Source: Dehalococcoidia bacterium (GTDB lineage Bacteria > Chloroflexota > Dehalococcoidia > Bin125). From it: 64,000 nucleotides of DNA. Under the pieces are notes generated by a model, which was given only the letters and a program-made list of their open reading frames with translations, had not been told where the DNA came from and made no database searches. This document shows, piece by piece, positions 1-9,859 of this stretch. Within the stretch, counting starts at the first letter, position 1. Every line of letters begins with the position of its first letter. The stretch spans positions 2,432,001 to 2,496,000 of the forward strand of contig OY820591.1 in NCBI GenBank assembly GCA_963555985.3. The letters are read 5' to 3'. The position numbers were made by a program, and so were the translations under genes.

Positions 1-1055
1 AGGATCGAAGCGCCGACGATACTGACGAGGATCAAGAACACGATCGGGATCACGGCGGCGCGCAGGCGCTCGTGGAAGGGCCAGGAGAGCACGCCGACGA
101 TCACGATGAGGCCGGCCACCATCTTCACGATTTGGGCGGGGGCGCGGATGTTGTCGTCGGTGTAGGTGGCGCCGAAGACGAATCCGCCCGGATTGAGGGC
201 AAGCTCGAAGCGCGCGAGCCAGTAGCTCCAGACGAACAGGCCCATGACGATCGCGATCATCAACGCCAGATGGATGCGCACGCCCAAGGTGGAGCGGGCC
301 TGTCCGCGGTGGAGCATGAGGCGAATGCCGTAGACGGCGGCGGTGATCAGCATCGCCAGGATGGCGACGCCGGTGGCCCAGCCTTTCATGAACTGCAAGG
401 CCTCGAGGTCGAAGACGTAGAAACCGACATCGCGTCCAAACTGCGGGTCTTCGATGCCGAACGGCTTGGCGTTGAGGTATTGCAGGATCAGTTCCCAGTT
501 GCCGGCGGCGACCGAGCCGAAGATGATCGCCAGCATGAGGGTGGCGACGAGCGAGATGATGCGGATCAGGCGAAGCAGGCCGGGATCGTCGACGGCGGGC
601 GCGACTGCGTCGACCGGCATTCGCCAGGCGACGATTTGGGTGAGTCCCAACGCGACCAGAGCGATGCCGGCGCCGGCGACGAAGAGCCAAACCTGGGTGA
701 CGACGCGCAGGTCGAAGACGCCGCGATAGCCGATGTTGCCGAACCAGAGCCGGTCGACGTAAATGTCGATGCCGATGTTGAGCAGGATCAGGAGGACGAG
801 GATGGAAGAGCCGATCGCGACGATGCGCGGCCACCAGCGGCGCTGCTGAGGAGGCTGACCCTCGGCGGCGGTGTAGGGCGGGGGTTCGTCACCGCCGCCG
901 AAGCCTCCGCCTCCGCCGAGGCCTTCGCGGAAGACGGGCGGGGGCGGGCCGAGGTCGCCGGAACGGCCTTCGTCGGAGGGAGGCACGTCGCGGGGCGCGT
1001 CGTCGCCGTTGCGCCAGCCGCCGGAAACCATCTGCCGGATCGTCTCAATTTGCAT
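1..1055 (-). CDS. UPF0182 (COG1615) family membrane protein, 5' part; runs off the window start
   Basis: Manual translation from ATG at 1055 (MQIETIRQMVSGG...) gives IYVDRLWFGNIGYRGVF, FGIEDPQFGRDVGFYVF and GATYTD, typical of UPF0182. Not in the ORF track because it is open at the edge. Confidence 0.85.
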   Translation of the reverse strand, partial: MQIETIRQMVSGGWRNGDDAPRDVPPSDEGRSGDLGPPPPVFREGLGGGGGFGGGDEPPPYTAAEGQPPQQRRWWPRIVAIGSSILVLLILLNIGIDIYVDRLWFGNIGYRGVFDLRVVTQVWLFVAGAGIALVALGLTQIVAWRMPVDAVAPAVDDPGLLRLIRIISLVATLMLAIIFGSVAAGNWELILQYLNAKPFGIEDPQFGRDVGFYVFDLEALQFMKGWATGVAILAMLITAAVYGIRLMLHRGQARSTLGVRIHLALMIAIVMGLFVWSYWLARFELALNPGGFVFGATYTDDNIRAPAQIVKMVAGLIVIVGVLSWPFHERLRAAVIPIVFLILVSIVGASI

Positions 1056-1057
1056 GA

Positions 1058-1837
1058 TCAGACCAACGCCGTTCCCAGTTCGGCGCCGTTGAGGGCGACG
1101 CGCACGGCGCCCGGCTCGCGTCCGTCGATGATGCGCACGGACGCGCCGGCTGCGAGCGCTTCGCGCCCGGCGCGCAGTTTGGGCAGCATCCCGCCGGAGA
1201 TCGCACCGGACTCAGTGAGCTGATCTTGCTGTTGGGCAGTTAAGCGATGAATGGGCTCGTCCTCGTTGTCCAGCACTGCCGAAACGTCGGTCAGGAAGAG
1301 TAACTCGTCTGCGCCCAGGGCCGCCGCCACCGCGCCAGCCGCGCCGTCGGCGTTGATGTTGAGGATCGTTGAGCCGTCCTCCGCGACTCCGACCGGAGAG
1401 AGGACGGGCAACATGCCGGCGTTGAGCACGCGGGTCAGCGTGGTCGGATCGCAGCGCGGTGTTTCTCCAACCAAGCCGAGTCTGCCGCTGATCGGCGAAC
1501 GCAACGTCGCGCCGTCAACGCCGCTCAGCCCGACCGCCGGCGCGCCCAGTTCGAGCAGTTGACGAGCGAGCTGTTTGTTGATCAGGCCCGAGAGTACTGC
1601 GACGACCACTTCCAAGGACTGCGGCGTGGTCACGCGCAGCCCGTCCACCCATTCGGTTTCGGCGCCCAAGCGGCGCTGCCAATCGGTCACGGCTGCGCCG
1701 CCGCCGTGGATGATCACGACCTGGCGTCCCTCGCGGCAGAGTCGGACGCAATCGGAGAGCGAGGTGTCATGCTCGCCCAAGGTAGAGCCGCCGATCTTGA
1801 TCACGATTGGTCGCTGGGATCGCGGGGAGGAAGGCAT
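1058..1837 (-). CDS. argB: Acetylglutamate kinase
   Basis: VIKIGGS, IIHGGG, GLRVT, NINAD, LFLTDV and GGMLPKL motifs; near argJ and argC. Confidence 0.95.
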   Translation of the reverse strand: MPSSPRSQRPIVIKIGGSTLGEHDTSLSDCVRLCREGRQVVIIHGGGAAVTDWQRRLGAETEWVDGLRVTTPQSLEVVVAVLSGLINKQLARQLLELGAPAVGLSGVDGATLRSPISGRLGLVGETPRCDPTTLTRVLNAGMLPVLSPVGVAEDGSTILNINADGAAGAVAAALGADELLFLTDVSAVLDNEDEPIHRLTAQQQDQLTESGAISGGMLPKLRAGREALAAGASVRIIDGREPGAVRVALNGAELGTALV

Positions 1838-1893
1838 ACGCGCAGCCTATCTCACAGCCGCATCCGGGGCGGCGCGGGGGTATCGTCGGATGT

Positions 1894-2934
1894 GTGAGCG
1901 CGCGCGCGACCAATCACGCGATTCTGTTCCTGCTGGGCTTCGAGCTGATTTCGGGGCTGGTCAGCTTCACGATCGGCGGGCCGAACGGGGCCTGGGTCTT
2001 CTGGCTGCACGGCGTAGCCGGATTTTCGCTGGTCGCGCTGACCGTCTGGAAGCGGCGGATCATCGTGCGCTCGTTCGCGCGCCGGGGCGCGGGGCTCTGG
2101 TCGGTCGCGCCGGTCGTCCTGGCTCTGATCTTCATCGGCGCGCTGCTGACCGGAGCGCTGTGGGCGTTCATGGGGCGCGGGAGCCTTGACCTGCCGGGCT
2201 ACGGCAACGTGCGACTGCTCGTGATTCATACGGCGCTCGGACTGGCGATTACCGTGCCGCTGATCGTTCACGCAGCGGTGCGTTGGCCGCGCAATCCTCG
2301 CATCTCCGACTTCAGCTCACGCCGCGCCGCACTACGACTGTTCGCAGTCGGCGCGACGGGATTGGCGCTCTGGGGGACGGCGCGCGCGGCTGCGCCGGCG
2401 CTGGGGCAGGCGCCGCGCTTTACGGGATCGCGTGAACGAGCATCGCATCAGGGCAACGCGCATCCGGTGACGCAGTGGCTGTTCGATTCGCGGCAGCGGA
2501 TTGATCGCGACGCTTGGCAGCTGCGCGTGAGCGGAGAGGTTGGTAAGCAGTTGAGTCTGAGTTATGAGCAACTCAGAAGCATTGCTCAGCATGGAGCGAC
2601 GGCGACGCTTGATTGCACAGGCGGCTGGTACACGGTGCAGGACTGGAGCGGAGTGCAGTTGTCAGAGGTGTTGGCGCTGGCGTCGCCCGGGGACGAGGCG
2701 GAGAGCGTGGTGATCGAGTCGGTGACCGGGTTTAGCCGTCGTTTTCCGATCGGAGAGGCGGAGCGCCTGTTGCTGGCCACTCATGTGGAGGGCGAGCCGC
2801 TGTCAGCAGGGCATGGGTATCCGCTGCGGTTGGTCGCGCCGGGTCGGCGGGGGTATCAGTGGGTGAAGTGGGTGTCGGGGATTGAGGTGAGCGGGAAGCC
2901 GTCGTGGTGGCAGCCGCCGCTGCCGTTGCAGTAG
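1894..2934 (+). CDS. Molybdopterin-dependent oxidoreductase (sulfite oxidase/MsrP-like) with N-terminal multi-TM domain
   Basis: About four hydrophobic segments with His residues, an SRRAALR twin-Arg-like segment, then LDCTGGWY, W.GV.L and HGYPLRLVAPGRRGYQWVKWV. GTG start at 1894 is inferred. Confidence 0.85.
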   Translation: MSARATNHAILFLLGFELISGLVSFTIGGPNGAWVFWLHGVAGFSLVALTVWKRRIIVRSFARRGAGLWSVAPVVLALIFIGALLTGALWAFMGRGSLDLPGYGNVRLLVIHTALGLAITVPLIVHAAVRWPRNPRISDFSSRRAALRLFAVGATGLALWGTARAAAPALGQAPRFTGSRERASHQGNAHPVTQWLFDSRQRIDRDAWQLRVSGEVGKQLSLSYEQLRSIAQHGATATLDCTGGWYTVQDWSGVQLSEVLALASPGDEAESVVIESVTGFSRRFPIGEAERLLLATHVEGEPLSAGHGYPLRLVAPGRRGYQWVKWVSGIEVSGKPSWWQPPLPLQ

Positions 2935-2941
2935 GGCGGAG

Positions 2942-3211
2942 TTACGCAGGCCTGTTTCTCAAGATTGCCAGAATTCTCACTCGCTCCTCAGATTCAAACA
3001 GAGCGTAAACCAAGCCCACATTGCCGTTATCAAGCATTCGGATGTCTTGTCCAGCGAGTGCAGGATGTCGAAGATGGCGCCCCTTCAGCCACTCGCTGTG
3101 CGGTCGTCCGGCAACTGCCTTGAGGACAAAGAGCTTATCGATACCAGGTTGAGACAAGAGCGAGTCGAATTCACGACGCGCGTCACTCGTCCATTCGATC
3201 TCGAAATCCAC
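2942..3211 (-). CDS. Putative RelE/ParE-superfamily toxin
   Basis: 89 aa; N-terminal FEIEWTSDARREF and C-terminal LVYALFESEERVRILAI fit the RelE/ParE pattern; start overlaps the upstream stop (TAGTG). Confidence 0.6.
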   Translation of the reverse strand: MDFEIEWTSDARREFDSLLSQPGIDKLFVLKAVAGRPHSEWLKGRHLRHPALAGQDIRMLDNGNVGLVYALFESEERVRILAILRNRPA

Positions 3212-3432
3212 TATGGCAATTCGTCGAGGAGCTCAGCAATTCGCACGAGATCCGGATCCAGATCGCGCAACACTTCCTCATTGGAGAGCACAGTGTCCTC
3301 GCCCCGCCGCATCTGTTCGACCCTACGAATGATCTCGGATATGGCTTCCGGTTCTATCTCCCCATCAAGAACAGGCCCTGGAGCGGCGGCTTGCTCCAGT
3401 TCCTGCGAAGAGGAAACGAGTGCTTTTGCCAT
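3211..3432 (-). CDS. Putative antitoxin (addiction-module-like)
   Basis: Small acidic protein (EIIRRVEQMRRGEDTVLSNEEV) with GAGGAG RBS, directly upstream of and coupled to the RelE-like gene. Confidence 0.55.
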   Translation of the reverse strand: MAKALVSSSQELEQAAAPGPVLDGEIEPEAISEIIRRVEQMRRGEDTVLSNEEVLRDLDPDLVRIAELLDELP

Positions 3433-3533
3433 GATGCCACTCCTCATCTGGCGCGGTCGTCATCGTCGCCGCAGCCGACAGCGCCAGTGTGGAGCAATCG
3501 TAGCACTCGCGATTGGCACTCGCGGCGCACCGG

Positions 3534-4745
3534 CTAGGTCACGTAGTCGGCGTTGAAGCGGACATATTCCTCGGTCAGGTCGCAGCCCCAGGCGGTGGCT
3601 TCGGCGTCGCCCTGGCCGAGATCCATGCGCAGGAAGACCTCCTCGCCCTGGGTGGCGGCGGACGCTTCGGCGTCCGGCACGCCCGTGGCGGTTCCGTCGA
3701 AGAGACACAGATCAGCGATCCAGACCTTCACTTGCTCCAACTCGTAGGTCACGCCGGCGTAGCCCGCAGCCATCAGGACGCGGCCCCAGTTGGGGTCGTA
3801 CTTGCTCAGGGCGGCCTTGAGCAGCGGCGATTTGACGACGGTGCGCGCGACATCACGGGCGTCTTCCCAGGTTTTCGCGCCGGAGACCGTCATCGAGATT
3901 CGCTTGGTCGCGCCCTCGCCGTCGCGGGCGATCATCTGGGCGAGCGGGATTGACGCCTCAGCCAGCGCAGCCGCGAATGCGTCCAGCCCTGCGCTTGAGA
4001 GCGTCTCGCCGCCGGCGGCGCCATTGGCGAGGATCACGGCTGAGTCGTTGGTCGAGGTATCCCCGTCGACGGTGACCATGTTGATCGAGCGGTCCATGGC
4101 GTGGCGGAAGCAGGCGTCGAGATCGGTTGCATCGATGGGCGCGTCGGTCGTGAAAAAGGCGAGCATGGTCGCCATATCGGGATGCATCATGCCGGCGCCC
4201 TTGGCGCAGCCACCGACGGTGTAGGTGATGCCACCGACCTCGAACTCCGAGACCGCCTGCTTGACGAAGGTGTCAGTAGTCATGATCGCGCGGGCGAAAT
4301 CTCCGCCGCCGTCGCTGCGCGGTTCGAGCTGGGGGATGCTTAGGCGGAGCAGGTCCATCGGCAGGTAGTGACCGATCACGCCGGTACTGTTGACGAAGAT
4401 GTCCTCCGCGTCGCAGCCGATCCGCGCTGCCGCGAGCCGGGTCATCTCGCGCGCGTCGGCGACGCCCTGATCGCCGGTCGCGCAGTTGGCGTTGCCGGAG
4501 TTGACCACCGCTCCGCGCAGGATCCCCGAAGCCGTGTGCGCCTTGCTGACTCGTACCGGCGCTGCGGAGGACTGATTCTGCGTGAACACGGCAACGGCGG
4601 TTGCGGGACGATCGGAACTGAGCAGCGCCAGATCGGGCAGACCCGACTCCTTGATGCCGGCGGTGAAGCCGCAGGCGGAGAATCCTTGCGCCCGCGTGAC
4701 CGCACCCTCGGCCACCGGGTTCTCGGACAGGTTCGCACCGCTCAT
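3534..4745 (-). CDS. argJ: Bifunctional glutamate N-acetyltransferase / ornithine acetyltransferase
   Basis: VNSGNAN, STGVIG, AIMTTDT, KGAGMMHPDMATML, DGDTSTND, DGEGATK and DPNWGR; ATGA overlap with the argC stop. Confidence 0.97.
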   Translation of the reverse strand: MSGANLSENPVAEGAVTRAQGFSACGFTAGIKESGLPDLALLSSDRPATAVAVFTQNQSSAAPVRVSKAHTASGILRGAVVNSGNANCATGDQGVADAREMTRLAAARIGCDAEDIFVNSTGVIGHYLPMDLLRLSIPQLEPRSDGGGDFARAIMTTDTFVKQAVSEFEVGGITYTVGGCAKGAGMMHPDMATMLAFFTTDAPIDATDLDACFRHAMDRSINMVTVDGDTSTNDSAVILANGAAGGETLSSAGLDAFAAALAEASIPLAQMIARDGEGATKRISMTVSGAKTWEDARDVARTVVKSPLLKAALSKYDPNWGRVLMAAGYAGVTYELEQVKVWIADLCLFDGTATGVPDAEASAATQGEEVFLRMDLGQGDAEATAWGCDLTEEYVRFNADYVT

Positions 4746-5791
4746 GGGTAAACCCCGATCTTGCTGAGACCAACGGTCTCGGGGATGCCGAACATCAGAT
4801 TGAAGCACTGCACTGCGCCGCCAGCTGCGCCCTTGACCAGGTTGTCGATGCACGAAATCACAGTCACTTCACCGCTCAGAGGATCGACCGTTGGATAGAG
4901 CAGGCAGGTGTTGGCGCCCAGAGTCTGCTTGGTAGAGGGCGGTGTTTCGGTGATGTGGACGAAGGGCGCATCGGCGTAGTACTCGGTGTAAGTCTCGCGG
5001 AGGACGCCGACTCGCTCGTCAACGTCGCTAGGAAGGGCATCGTCGGCGACTGAGGGATAGCAGGTGGCGAGAATGCCGCGCGTCATTGGCACGAGATGGG
5101 GCACGAAGGTGACGCCGAGTTCGGCATCCGCGTTGGCTGCGTCCTGGAGGGCGCTCAGTTCTTGCACCATCTCCGGGTGGTGACGATGGCCAGACAATCC
5201 ATACGCCGAAAAAGACGAGTCGACCTCGGAGAAGTGAGAGGTCAGCTTGAGACTGCGGCCGGCACCGGATACGCCCGATTTGGCGTCCACGACCGTGCGG
5301 CCGTCGAGCCAGCCCTGGGCGGCCATCGGAGCGAGGGCGAGGATGGCGGAGGTGGGATAGCAGCCCGGTACGCCGACGAGGCGAGACTCGGCAATTGCGT
5401 CGCGGTGCAGTTCGGGCAGTCCGTAGACCGACTCGGCGAGCAGTTGCGGCGTCGGGTGTTCGCCGTACCAACGCTCGTAGGTCTCGGCGTCGTAGAGGCG
5501 GAAGTCGGCGGAGGCGTCTACGACGGGCACGCCCTGCGCGACCAGCGGCGCAAGCCGCTCGGCGGCCGCCGCGTGCGGCAGGCCGGAGAAGACCACATCC
5601 ACTTCTACGTCCACATCGGCGACGATCGGCAAGTCGAGCGACCAGAGGTGGGGGAAGACCTGGGGCAAACGCTTGCCCACCTCGGAACGTCCGGTGACGC
5701 AGACGATCTCCACATCGGGATGCTGGGCGAGCAAACGCGCCAGTTCCGCTCCCACATAGCCGGTGACGTTGATGATGGCCGCGCGAATCAC
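4742..5791 (-). CDS. argC: N-acetyl-gamma-glutamyl-phosphate reductase
   Basis: TGYVG, DASADFRL, YGLPE, PGCYPT, SGVSGAGR, HRHHPE and DNLVKGAAG. Confidence 0.97.
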   Translation of the reverse strand: MIRAAIINVTGYVGAELARLLAQHPDVEIVCVTGRSEVGKRLPQVFPHLWSLDLPIVADVDVEVDVVFSGLPHAAAAERLAPLVAQGVPVVDASADFRLYDAETYERWYGEHPTPQLLAESVYGLPELHRDAIAESRLVGVPGCYPTSAILALAPMAAQGWLDGRTVVDAKSGVSGAGRSLKLTSHFSEVDSSFSAYGLSGHRHHPEMVQELSALQDAANADAELGVTFVPHLVPMTRGILATCYPSVADDALPSDVDERVGVLRETYTEYYADAPFVHITETPPSTKQTLGANTCLLYPTVDPLSGEVTVISCIDNLVKGAAGGAVQCFNLMFGIPETVGLSKIGVYP

Positions 5792-5915
5792 TGTCAGAGC
5801 TCCCAGTCAAGCGTGTTTCTATCTGCGCATTGCCTTGCGCCTCAGCGCACACAGCAGAAAAGTGAACGATACACGGAAGATCGCCCACACGAACGCATCG
5901 CGTAACCTGCCGCAC

Positions 5916-7121
5916 ATGTCCATGACGCATTCGGCGCTGAGTCCGTACCGCGCAATCGACCTGACCCGTGAGATCGGAGCGCTTTCTACCCGTGTGCTCG
6001 CGGGGCTGGGCGTTGATGTGATCCGTGTCGAACCGCCCGAGGGACACCCGACGCGACGGCGCGGACCGATGGTGGCTACGGCCGACGGTCGCGAGCACTC
6101 GCTCTATTGGGCGCAGATGAATGCGGGCAAGCGCTCGCTCACGCTCGAGCTCGATGATCCCTCCGACCGCGAGCGGCTGCTGCAACTCTGCGAGACGGCC
6201 GATTTCCTCTTCGAGTCCGACGCGCCGGGGTCGCTGGCGGCGAAAGGTCTCGGCTTCGCTGACGTCGCGGAGCGTGCTCCGCAACTGATCTACGTCTCGA
6301 TCACCCCATTCGGGCAGAGCGGACCCAAGTCGATGTGGGCCGCGTCGGATCTGATTGGGCACGTCTCCGGCGGGCTCAGCTCGCTCTGCGGCGATCCGGA
6401 TCGCGCGCCGCTGCGACCGTCGGTGGAGCAGGCCTACAACATCACGGCGCTGAACGCTGGTTCGGCGGCGATGTTTGCGCTTCATGCGCGTCACCTCACG
6501 GGCCGGGGGCAGCACGTGGATGTGTCGATGCAGGCGGCGATGGCGAACACGCTGGGCAATGCGCGGCTCTATTGGGAGATGGACGGCATCGTCACCAAAC
6601 GCGCCGGCGGCGCGCGGGCGTTCGCCGATCGCGCGACGCGGATCATCTACCCCTGCGCGGACGGCTATGTCGCCTTCGTGCGCGTGCCCGCCTCGATTCC
6701 GGCGCTGCATCGCTGGATGACGGCGGAAGGCGCGAAACCGCGTTTCGATCCCGACTTCTGGGCTGGGATCTCGATTGCCGGTACGCAACTCCCGAGCGAC
6801 GAGGAGGTCGCCGAGCTCGAGTCGGAGCTCGAGACGTTCTTCGCCGCTCATGGAGCGCAGCACCTCTACGAGAGCGGACAGCAGCACAAGGTGATGATCT
6901 GTCCAGTCAACACGATGCAGGATCTGGTCGACAGTCCTCAACTCAACGCGCGCGCCTTCTTTACCGAGGTTGATGATCCGGTTCTGGGTCGGCTGAAGAC
7001 GCCGGGTGCGCCGTTGAAGACGCCGGTCACGCCCTGGCGCGAGCGACCGGCTCCGAGTGTTGGTCAACACAGCGCGGAGATCGTCGCCGAACTTGAGGCT
7101 GCTCGCCGCAACCGCGCTTGA
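5916..7121 (+). CDS. CoA-transferase family III (CaiB/BaiF)
   Basis: LAGLGVDVIRVEPPEG, NAGKRSLTLEL, SITPFGQSGP, GRGQHVDVSM, PAPSVGQH. Confidence 0.9.
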   Translation: MSMTHSALSPYRAIDLTREIGALSTRVLAGLGVDVIRVEPPEGHPTRRRGPMVATADGREHSLYWAQMNAGKRSLTLELDDPSDRERLLQLCETADFLFESDAPGSLAAKGLGFADVAERAPQLIYVSITPFGQSGPKSMWAASDLIGHVSGGLSSLCGDPDRAPLRPSVEQAYNITALNAGSAAMFALHARHLTGRGQHVDVSMQAAMANTLGNARLYWEMDGIVTKRAGGARAFADRATRIIYPCADGYVAFVRVPASIPALHRWMTAEGAKPRFDPDFWAGISIAGTQLPSDEEVAELESELETFFAAHGAQHLYESGQQHKVMICPVNTMQDLVDSPQLNARAFFTEVDDPVLGRLKTPGAPLKTPVTPWRERPAPSVGQHSAEIVAELEAARRNRA

Positions 7122-7140
7122 GCGCAAGGGAGGATCCGCC

Positions 7141-7932
7141 ATGTCCGAAGCACATCTGCTGATCGAACGCCGTTCGAATGGAGTGGTTGTCGCCACGCTC
7201 AACCGTCCGGAGGTGCTCAATGCGCTTTCCGAGGAGATTCGCGCGGGGCTGCGCGAACTGGCGGCCGACCTGAGCCGCGACGCCGACGCGCGGGCGCTGG
7301 TGATCACCGGCGCTGGGCGCGGGTTCTGCTCGGGCGCGGACCTGTCGAACCGGGAGGCTCGGGTGGCGGCGGAAGGACAGCCTGGATTGGCTTCGACGCA
7401 ACTGCGCTACGGCTTGGCGGCGGAGTTGCAGGCGCTGGACATTCCCGTGATCGCGGCAATCAACGGCGCTGCGGCGGGGGCGGGGTTCGCGATTGCGCTG
7501 GCCTGCGACTTGCGGCTGATGTCGGAACGGGCGCGGCTGCATCCCGCCTTCATGCGGATCGGTCTGGGACCGGATTGGGCGGCGTCGTGGACGCTGACGC
7601 GGTTGATCGGGCATTCACGGGCGCTGGAGACGTTCTGGCTTGCCGATCCGATCGATGCGGACCGTGCCCGCGAACTCGGGCTCGTCAACCAGGTCGTCGA
7701 GCACGACCAACTGATGCCGACAGCGCTGGCTCTCGCTGATCGCCTGGCCTCCAACGCGCCCTGGGCGATGACACTGACCAAGCAGGCGATCTACGCGGCG
7801 CTCTATAACGATCCGGAAGAGCAGGCGATCCTCGAAGAGCGCAACCAGGCCTTGCTGCGCAACTCGCTGGATGCTCGCGAGGGCGCCCGCGCCTTCGCCG
7901 AACGGCGTCCGCCCCAGTTTCAGCGTCGCTGA
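7141..7932 (+). CDS. Enoyl-CoA hydratase/isomerase family protein
   Basis: TLNRPEVLNAL, GRGFCSGADL, PVIAAINGAAAGAG, ALACDLR; GGGAGG RBS before ATG 7141. Confidence 0.92.
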   Translation: MSEAHLLIERRSNGVVVATLNRPEVLNALSEEIRAGLRELAADLSRDADARALVITGAGRGFCSGADLSNREARVAAEGQPGLASTQLRYGLAAELQALDIPVIAAINGAAAGAGFAIALACDLRLMSERARLHPAFMRIGLGPDWAASWTLTRLIGHSRALETFWLADPIDADRARELGLVNQVVEHDQLMPTALALADRLASNAPWAMTLTKQAIYAALYNDPEEQAILEERNQALLRNSLDAREGARAFAERRPPQFQRR

Positions 7933-8006
7933 CCCTCACCTTGCCAGGCTGACACCTGCCGCCACAACTCGGGGACAGGACAGGTTAGGGTGAGGCCAAC
8001 GGAGGA

Positions 8007-8372
8007 ATGTCCATGGGCGCCATCTTCAGGACAGCGGCGGTGAGCAACCCGGCTCAGCCTGAGCGGCGCTGGGAAGGCGAATTCCTGATCGACACTGGAG
8101 CCATCGACTGCGTCGTACCCCGCAAACACCTCGAAGCCATCGGCATTGAGCCGGAAGAGCGCCGTGCGTACCGCTTGGCCGACGGCAGCGAAGTCAGCCT
8201 TGATGTCGGCATTATTCGGCTCGAGTTGATGGGCGGACGCAGCGGCGTCGACGCGGTCTTCGCCGCCGATGACGCTCAACCGCTGCTCGGCGCACGGGCG
8301 ATGGAGTCGCTCAATATCGAGATCGACATGCAAGAGCACGAACTGCGCCGGCTACCCGCTGCGCACCTCTAA
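8007..8372 (+). CDS. Clan AA (retropepsin-like) aspartic protease
   Basis: LIDTGA catalytic motif, LADG, PLLG; 121 aa; GGAGG RBS. Confidence 0.85.
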   Translation: MSMGAIFRTAAVSNPAQPERRWEGEFLIDTGAIDCVVPRKHLEAIGIEPEERRAYRLADGSEVSLDVGIIRLELMGGRSGVDAVFAADDAQPLLGARAMESLNIEIDMQEHELRRLPAAHL

Positions 8373-8401
8373 GGCCACTGAAGCGAACTCGTCGTGAGTC
8401 A

Positions 8402-9646
8402 ATGACCAGTAACGATATTCCCGGCGCGCGCGTATTCGAGGGCGTCCGCATCGCCGACTTTGCCTGGGTTGGGGTTGGTCCCAACGCGACGATGCAGATG
8501 GCGTTTCACGGGGCTGAGGTGATTCGGATCGAGTCGTCGAAGCGGCCGGATACGTTCCGCGCCGGCGGGCCGCGTCCCGCTGGCGATCGCTCGATTGATG
8601 GTTCTGCCTACTTCGCCAAGTTCAATCGGGGCAAGCGCTCGGTGGCGCTGAATTTGCAGCATCCGCGGGCGGTGGCGGTAGCGAAGCGGTTGGTGGCGGT
8701 CTCGGACATTGTGACGGAGTCATTTGCGCCCGGGTTTCTTACGCGGATCGGTCTCGACTACGAGGAGTTGCGCAAGATTCGGCCCGATCTGATCATGTGC
8801 TCGATGTCGATGGAGGGTCAGACGGGTCCGCACGCAGGCTTCCGAGGGTTTGGACTCACGCTGCAAGCGACGGCGGGCATTACGGGGGTCACCGGTTGGC
8901 CGGATCGGTTGCCAGTCGGTACGGGCGTCGCCTACACGGACTGGGTCGCAACCCATGTCGGGATGATCGGCATCCTCGCCGCGCTCGATCATCGCCGCCG
9001 CACCGGCGAGGGACAATACATCGACATGTCGCAGTTGGAGGCCTCGACGCTGGTACTGGATGCGGGTTTGCTGGATGCGCTGAATACCGGCCGGGTGGCG
9101 AAACCGCTCGGCAACCGCGATCTGCGCTTCGCGCCGCACGGAGTCTATCCCTGCGCCGACGATGATCGCGGCGGCGACCGCTGGGTAGCGATTGCGATCA
9201 CGAGCGATCAGCAGTGGCGCGCGTTCGCGGGTGCGTTGGGACGCGACGACTGGTTGGAGAACGCGAACCTGCGCGAGGCGGCAGGGCGGCTGACTGCGCA
9301 AGACAGCCTGGACGCAACAATCTGCGAGTGGACGCGCCTGCGCACCGTTGACGAAGTGGAACAAACCCTGCAAGCGGCGGGCGTGCCCGCCCATCGAGCT
9401 GCAAACGTGCAGGACGCGCACGAGGATCCGCAGCTGGCCCATCGTGAACACTGGCAATCGAGCGAGCATCCGGTGATCGGCAAGGTGTCATACGAGAGTC
9501 CGGCCTGGCGCCTCAGCGAGACGCCGCCGCCGAAACCGTCGCCGTCGCCGCTCCTGGGACAGCATTCGGAGTACGTCTATCGGCAGTTGTGCGGCTACTC
9601 GGAGGAAGAGTTTCAGCAGTTGATCGTTGATGGGGTAGTTGAGTGA
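8402..9646 (+). CDS. CoA-transferase family III (CaiB/BaiF)
   Basis: RIADFAWVGVGP, GAEVIRIES, NRGKRSVALNL, YTD, GEGQYIDMSQ, SPLLGQH. Confidence 0.92.
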   Translation: MTSNDIPGARVFEGVRIADFAWVGVGPNATMQMAFHGAEVIRIESSKRPDTFRAGGPRPAGDRSIDGSAYFAKFNRGKRSVALNLQHPRAVAVAKRLVAVSDIVTESFAPGFLTRIGLDYEELRKIRPDLIMCSMSMEGQTGPHAGFRGFGLTLQATAGITGVTGWPDRLPVGTGVAYTDWVATHVGMIGILAALDHRRRTGEGQYIDMSQLEASTLVLDAGLLDALNTGRVAKPLGNRDLRFAPHGVYPCADDDRGGDRWVAIAITSDQQWRAFAGALGRDDWLENANLREAAGRLTAQDSLDATICEWTRLRTVDEVEQTLQAAGVPAHRAANVQDAHEDPQLAHREHWQSSEHPVIGKVSYESPAWRLSETPPPKPSPSPLLGQHSEYVYRQLCGYSEEEFQQLIVDGVVE

Positions 9647-9704
9647 GTTTGCGAGACTCCGTCGAATCGTCCCCAGTTCCCCAAGACCGACACACAAACC
9701 AAAG

Positions 9705-9803
9705 CTCCGTCATATCCGCGCTTGCCGCGGGTATCTCGCTGTTATCTGCACCGTCGTCGCCTGTACCGCGAGATTGCCGCGGCGGAGCGCGGCAATGACA
9801 GAG
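9705..9803. repeat. REP-like double palindrome, family A (GTCAT[A/T]CCCGC...GCGGG[T/A]ATCTC)
   Basis: Two inverted hairpin units around a spacer, between convergent genes; related copies at 15459, 22996, 25636, 49543, 56054 and 59436. Confidence 0.8.
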
Positions 9804-9859
9804 ATTGACGCTTCGGCAATGCTCTTCGCAGCTTCCGGTTAGAACGATGTGAACAGGCT

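Noticed and set aside
5795-5910. ArgR box upstream of argC
   Set aside because: Only a weak partial resemblance; no convincing palindrome.
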